Shown in pieces: positions 61,821 through 64,000 of a DNA stretch of 64,000 nt (its first letter is position 1; the number at the start of each line of letters is the position of its first letter). The notes below the pieces were generated by a model. That model had not been told where the DNA came from and did no database searches. It saw only the letters and a list, made by a program, of their open reading frames with translations. Position numbers and translations under genes: made by a program. The DNA comes from Bilabrum cf. latius (taxonomy: Eukaryota): the NCBI GenBank assembly GCA_965178125.1, contig OZ237742.1, positions 1,178,001-1,242,000 on the forward strand, in the 5' to 3' direction.

Positions 61821-64000
61821 CCACCGGTGCCCGACATGCCCATGCCTCCGGACAGGAAGCGCCCCGAGCCCCTGGACCGGGGGTCAAACCCTGGAGCCTG
61901 TGCCCCCAGGAGCAGCGGGTCGGCGCCCCACGATGCCTGCGCCGCTTGCGGTCCCGCCGCGAGGGCAAGGGGCGGTTGCTGCATGAACGCGACGAACCTC
62001 GTCCAGGCCACGGGGAATCCCATGGTCAGCGAGTCTCGACCGCTTCCCATGTCCTCTTCCCGGTTCCGCAGCGGGTGGGAGGGGCGCCGCGCATCGGCCC
62101 CGCGCGGGGAGCCCGGAGACTCAGACCCGCCCCGGTCATCACTCCGAGAATCGGAATCGGAATCGGAATCGGAATCGCTCCACTCGCCGTCGTCATCGCT
62201 GCGGTCTGATGAATAGCTTCCGCGTCGGCCGCGGCTGTCCCTGCCTGTGCCTCTGCGGCTCCGGCTCCTTCTCCCCCTCCTCCTTCCTCTTCCTCTTCCT
62301 CTGCTCCTGCTCCTTCTGTTTCTGTTCCTCCGTGCCACCCGGCCCCAGTCCCCGAAGCCTCCGCCCTCCCTCCCGTCCTCCAGCCGCATCCACCTCTCAC
62401 GCCTGGACCGCATCCCTCCCGCAGACCTCGGGTCCTCCCCCTCTGCCCTCAGGCGGACCGCTGCAGTGGCGAAATGCCGCGCCACCAGGAGTGCCTCGAT
62501 CTCGTTGAGGGGGAGACGGAGCGCCTGCAGGGCCGCGAGGAAGCTCCTGGAGGGCATCTCGCCAGTCTCCGCGGTGTCGTACAGCCGAAAGGTGGACTGA
62601 ACCCTGACGTCATACCCTTCGTCTGCGGCCCGCATCAGTGAGGCATGCGATCGGAGCACGTCCGCGACCCGACTGACCTCTTCCTCGTCCAGCTCCACCA
62701 GGCTGCACAGATCGTAGTACGACACGGCATCCCTGGGGCGGGCGCCTGAAGAGGAGGATCCAATCCCCCTCGCCCCTCTCCCCAGCCCGCTGTCCTCGTC
62801 CTCACCGCCGTCAAAGTCCGTCCCAAAGCGCCTTTTGCCACCGTGCCGATCAGTGCCCTGGTCCCTTCGCCGCGGTGCAAACGACGCCCGCAATCCGAGG
62901 CCACCGTCCTCCTCGTCCTCCTCCTCATCGTCGCCCTCCTCGTCCTTGCCGGAAGACCTGCCGCGACCGTTGCCCCTTCTGCCCTTCCCGCTTTCCTATT
63001 TCTACTCCCCTTTCTCCTCCTCGTCCTCCTCCCCACCGCTGGCACCATCCATCCAGTCGCCCTCACCACCACCACCACCAGCATCACCACCACCTCCCTT
63101 GCGCCAAGCCCCGCGCCTGGCCCCCCCGCGACCCGCACCATCCGGACCTCCGTCTTGATATTCATCACCACCTTCGATCCCCGGCCAGCCCCTTTCCTTT
63201 GCCTGCATCGCCAGGCGCGCCGCAAGGCGATCCACCTCCGCTGGTGTCATCTCCACGCCCAGCCTGCGCACGGCCCGGCCCAGCTCAGACCGCGAAAACC
63301 ATCCCTTGCCGGTGGGGTCCAGCTGCCGGAACGCGGCATGCACCACGAGGTCCGCGTGGCCCTGCGCCCACGAGGACTCCCTGAGGCGAGCACGGAGCAT
63401 CTGCTCCGCGGGAGACACCAGGCGCACTCCAGCGGCCCTGGCCTGGTCGCCCCCCAGCACCACCCGGAGGAACATCGAATAGTCCACCCGTCCGGAGCCG
63501 TCCACGAAGCAGCCCACGGCGGCCAGCATCAGGGAACAGTCCGCGGGCGTCATCGGCACGCCTAACACCGCCAGAGCGGCAGCAAGCTCAGACACCAAGA
63601 TCCGGCCCAGCCCCCGCGCAACGCCCTCCTGGTGTTGGACCCTCGGGTCGCTGGCCGTGTCGAACCTGGCGAGGGTCCTCAGGACCTCCCCTTGCTCGAG
63701 CCGGGGGTCCCCCAGCCCGGCCCTCACCCTGGCCGCCAACGCCAGCCCCCTGGCCTCGTCCTCTCCGCTTACCAGCAGCTGGCAGAACAGCAGGTAGTCC
63801 ACAGGTGCGTTGCGGCCAGCTGTTCTAGAGCGCCTTGCCCCACCCTTGCGCCCCTGTTCCCTTTCCTCCTCCTCCTCCTCTCTCTCCCCCAAATACGCCC
63901 GCACAGATGCAGCTCTCCTCAGCTCCTTCACTAGCAGCAGTCCGTCTCCGTGCCGCACCCCTAAAGCCCGCATCCTGCCCCTGACCAGCCGCAGAAAGAC
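59669..64000 (-). CDS. Multi-EF-hand protein with RanBP2-type zinc finger and Gly/Gln/Met-rich tail; 5' end outside window
   Basis: EF-hand-like FRQLDPTGKGWFSRSEL, VDGSGRVDYSMF and LYDTAETGEM; zinc finger WSCPACG..CEMCHQPNP. ORFs 63002, 61100, 60284 and 59888 are in one frame joined by about 9 TAGs; TGA at 59669. Confidence 0.78.

Noticed and set aside
1-64000. TAG-interrupted genes as pseudogenes or sequencing errors
   Set aside because: Decay or errors would also produce TAA, TGA and frameshifts. Only TAG appears, in 13 genes including essential COPA.
1-64000. TAG as pyrrolysine, Leu, Tyr or Glu
   Set aside because: TAG is too frequent and not confined to catalytic sites, and the informative positions (API5, COPA, paralog, Gln runs) point to Gln. 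The COPA site at 56691 matches Leu in some orthologs, but that column is variable.
1-64000. tRNA (including a CUA suppressor), rRNA, CRISPR array, transposon or endogenous virus
   Set aside because: None recognised by eye; the repeats seen are coding low-complexity tracts or microsatellites.

Overview
GC-rich, gene-dense nuclear DNA from a unicellular eukaryote, with spliceosomal GTGAG...CGCAG introns, eukaryotic housekeeping genes and long Gly/Ala/Ser low-complexity insertions. The style resembles a heterotrophic stramenopile such as a bicosoecid, but that is inference only. The main result is a non-standard nuclear genetic code. About 95 in-frame TAG codons (hand count) interrupt 13 otherwise intact genes. 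They fall inside conserved domains (API5, alpha-COP, kinase, GH16, SANT) and align with Gln wherever the residue can be inferred. I found no in-frame TAA or TGA; the 14 gene ends in the window are TGA (12) or TAA (2). With UAG=Gln and UAA/UGA=stop, the fragmented ORF track collapses into 15 genes: an unknown protein (partial), API5-like, ABCF2-like, a ~2000-aa CAMK-like kinase, RPL27a, a nucleotide-diphospho-sugar glycosyltransferase, a tandem pair of PH/Sec6-like paralogs (one frameshifted), CRYZL1-like, a GH16 glucanase, a ~2900-aa BAH-ELM2-SANT-PHD-PAH chromatin protein, a ~2990-aa unknown helical protein, alpha-COP, a DUF4397-like secreted protein and an EF-hand/RanBP2-zinc-finger protein (partial). 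All gene models and homolog comparisons were made by hand from recalled sequences; no searches were run.
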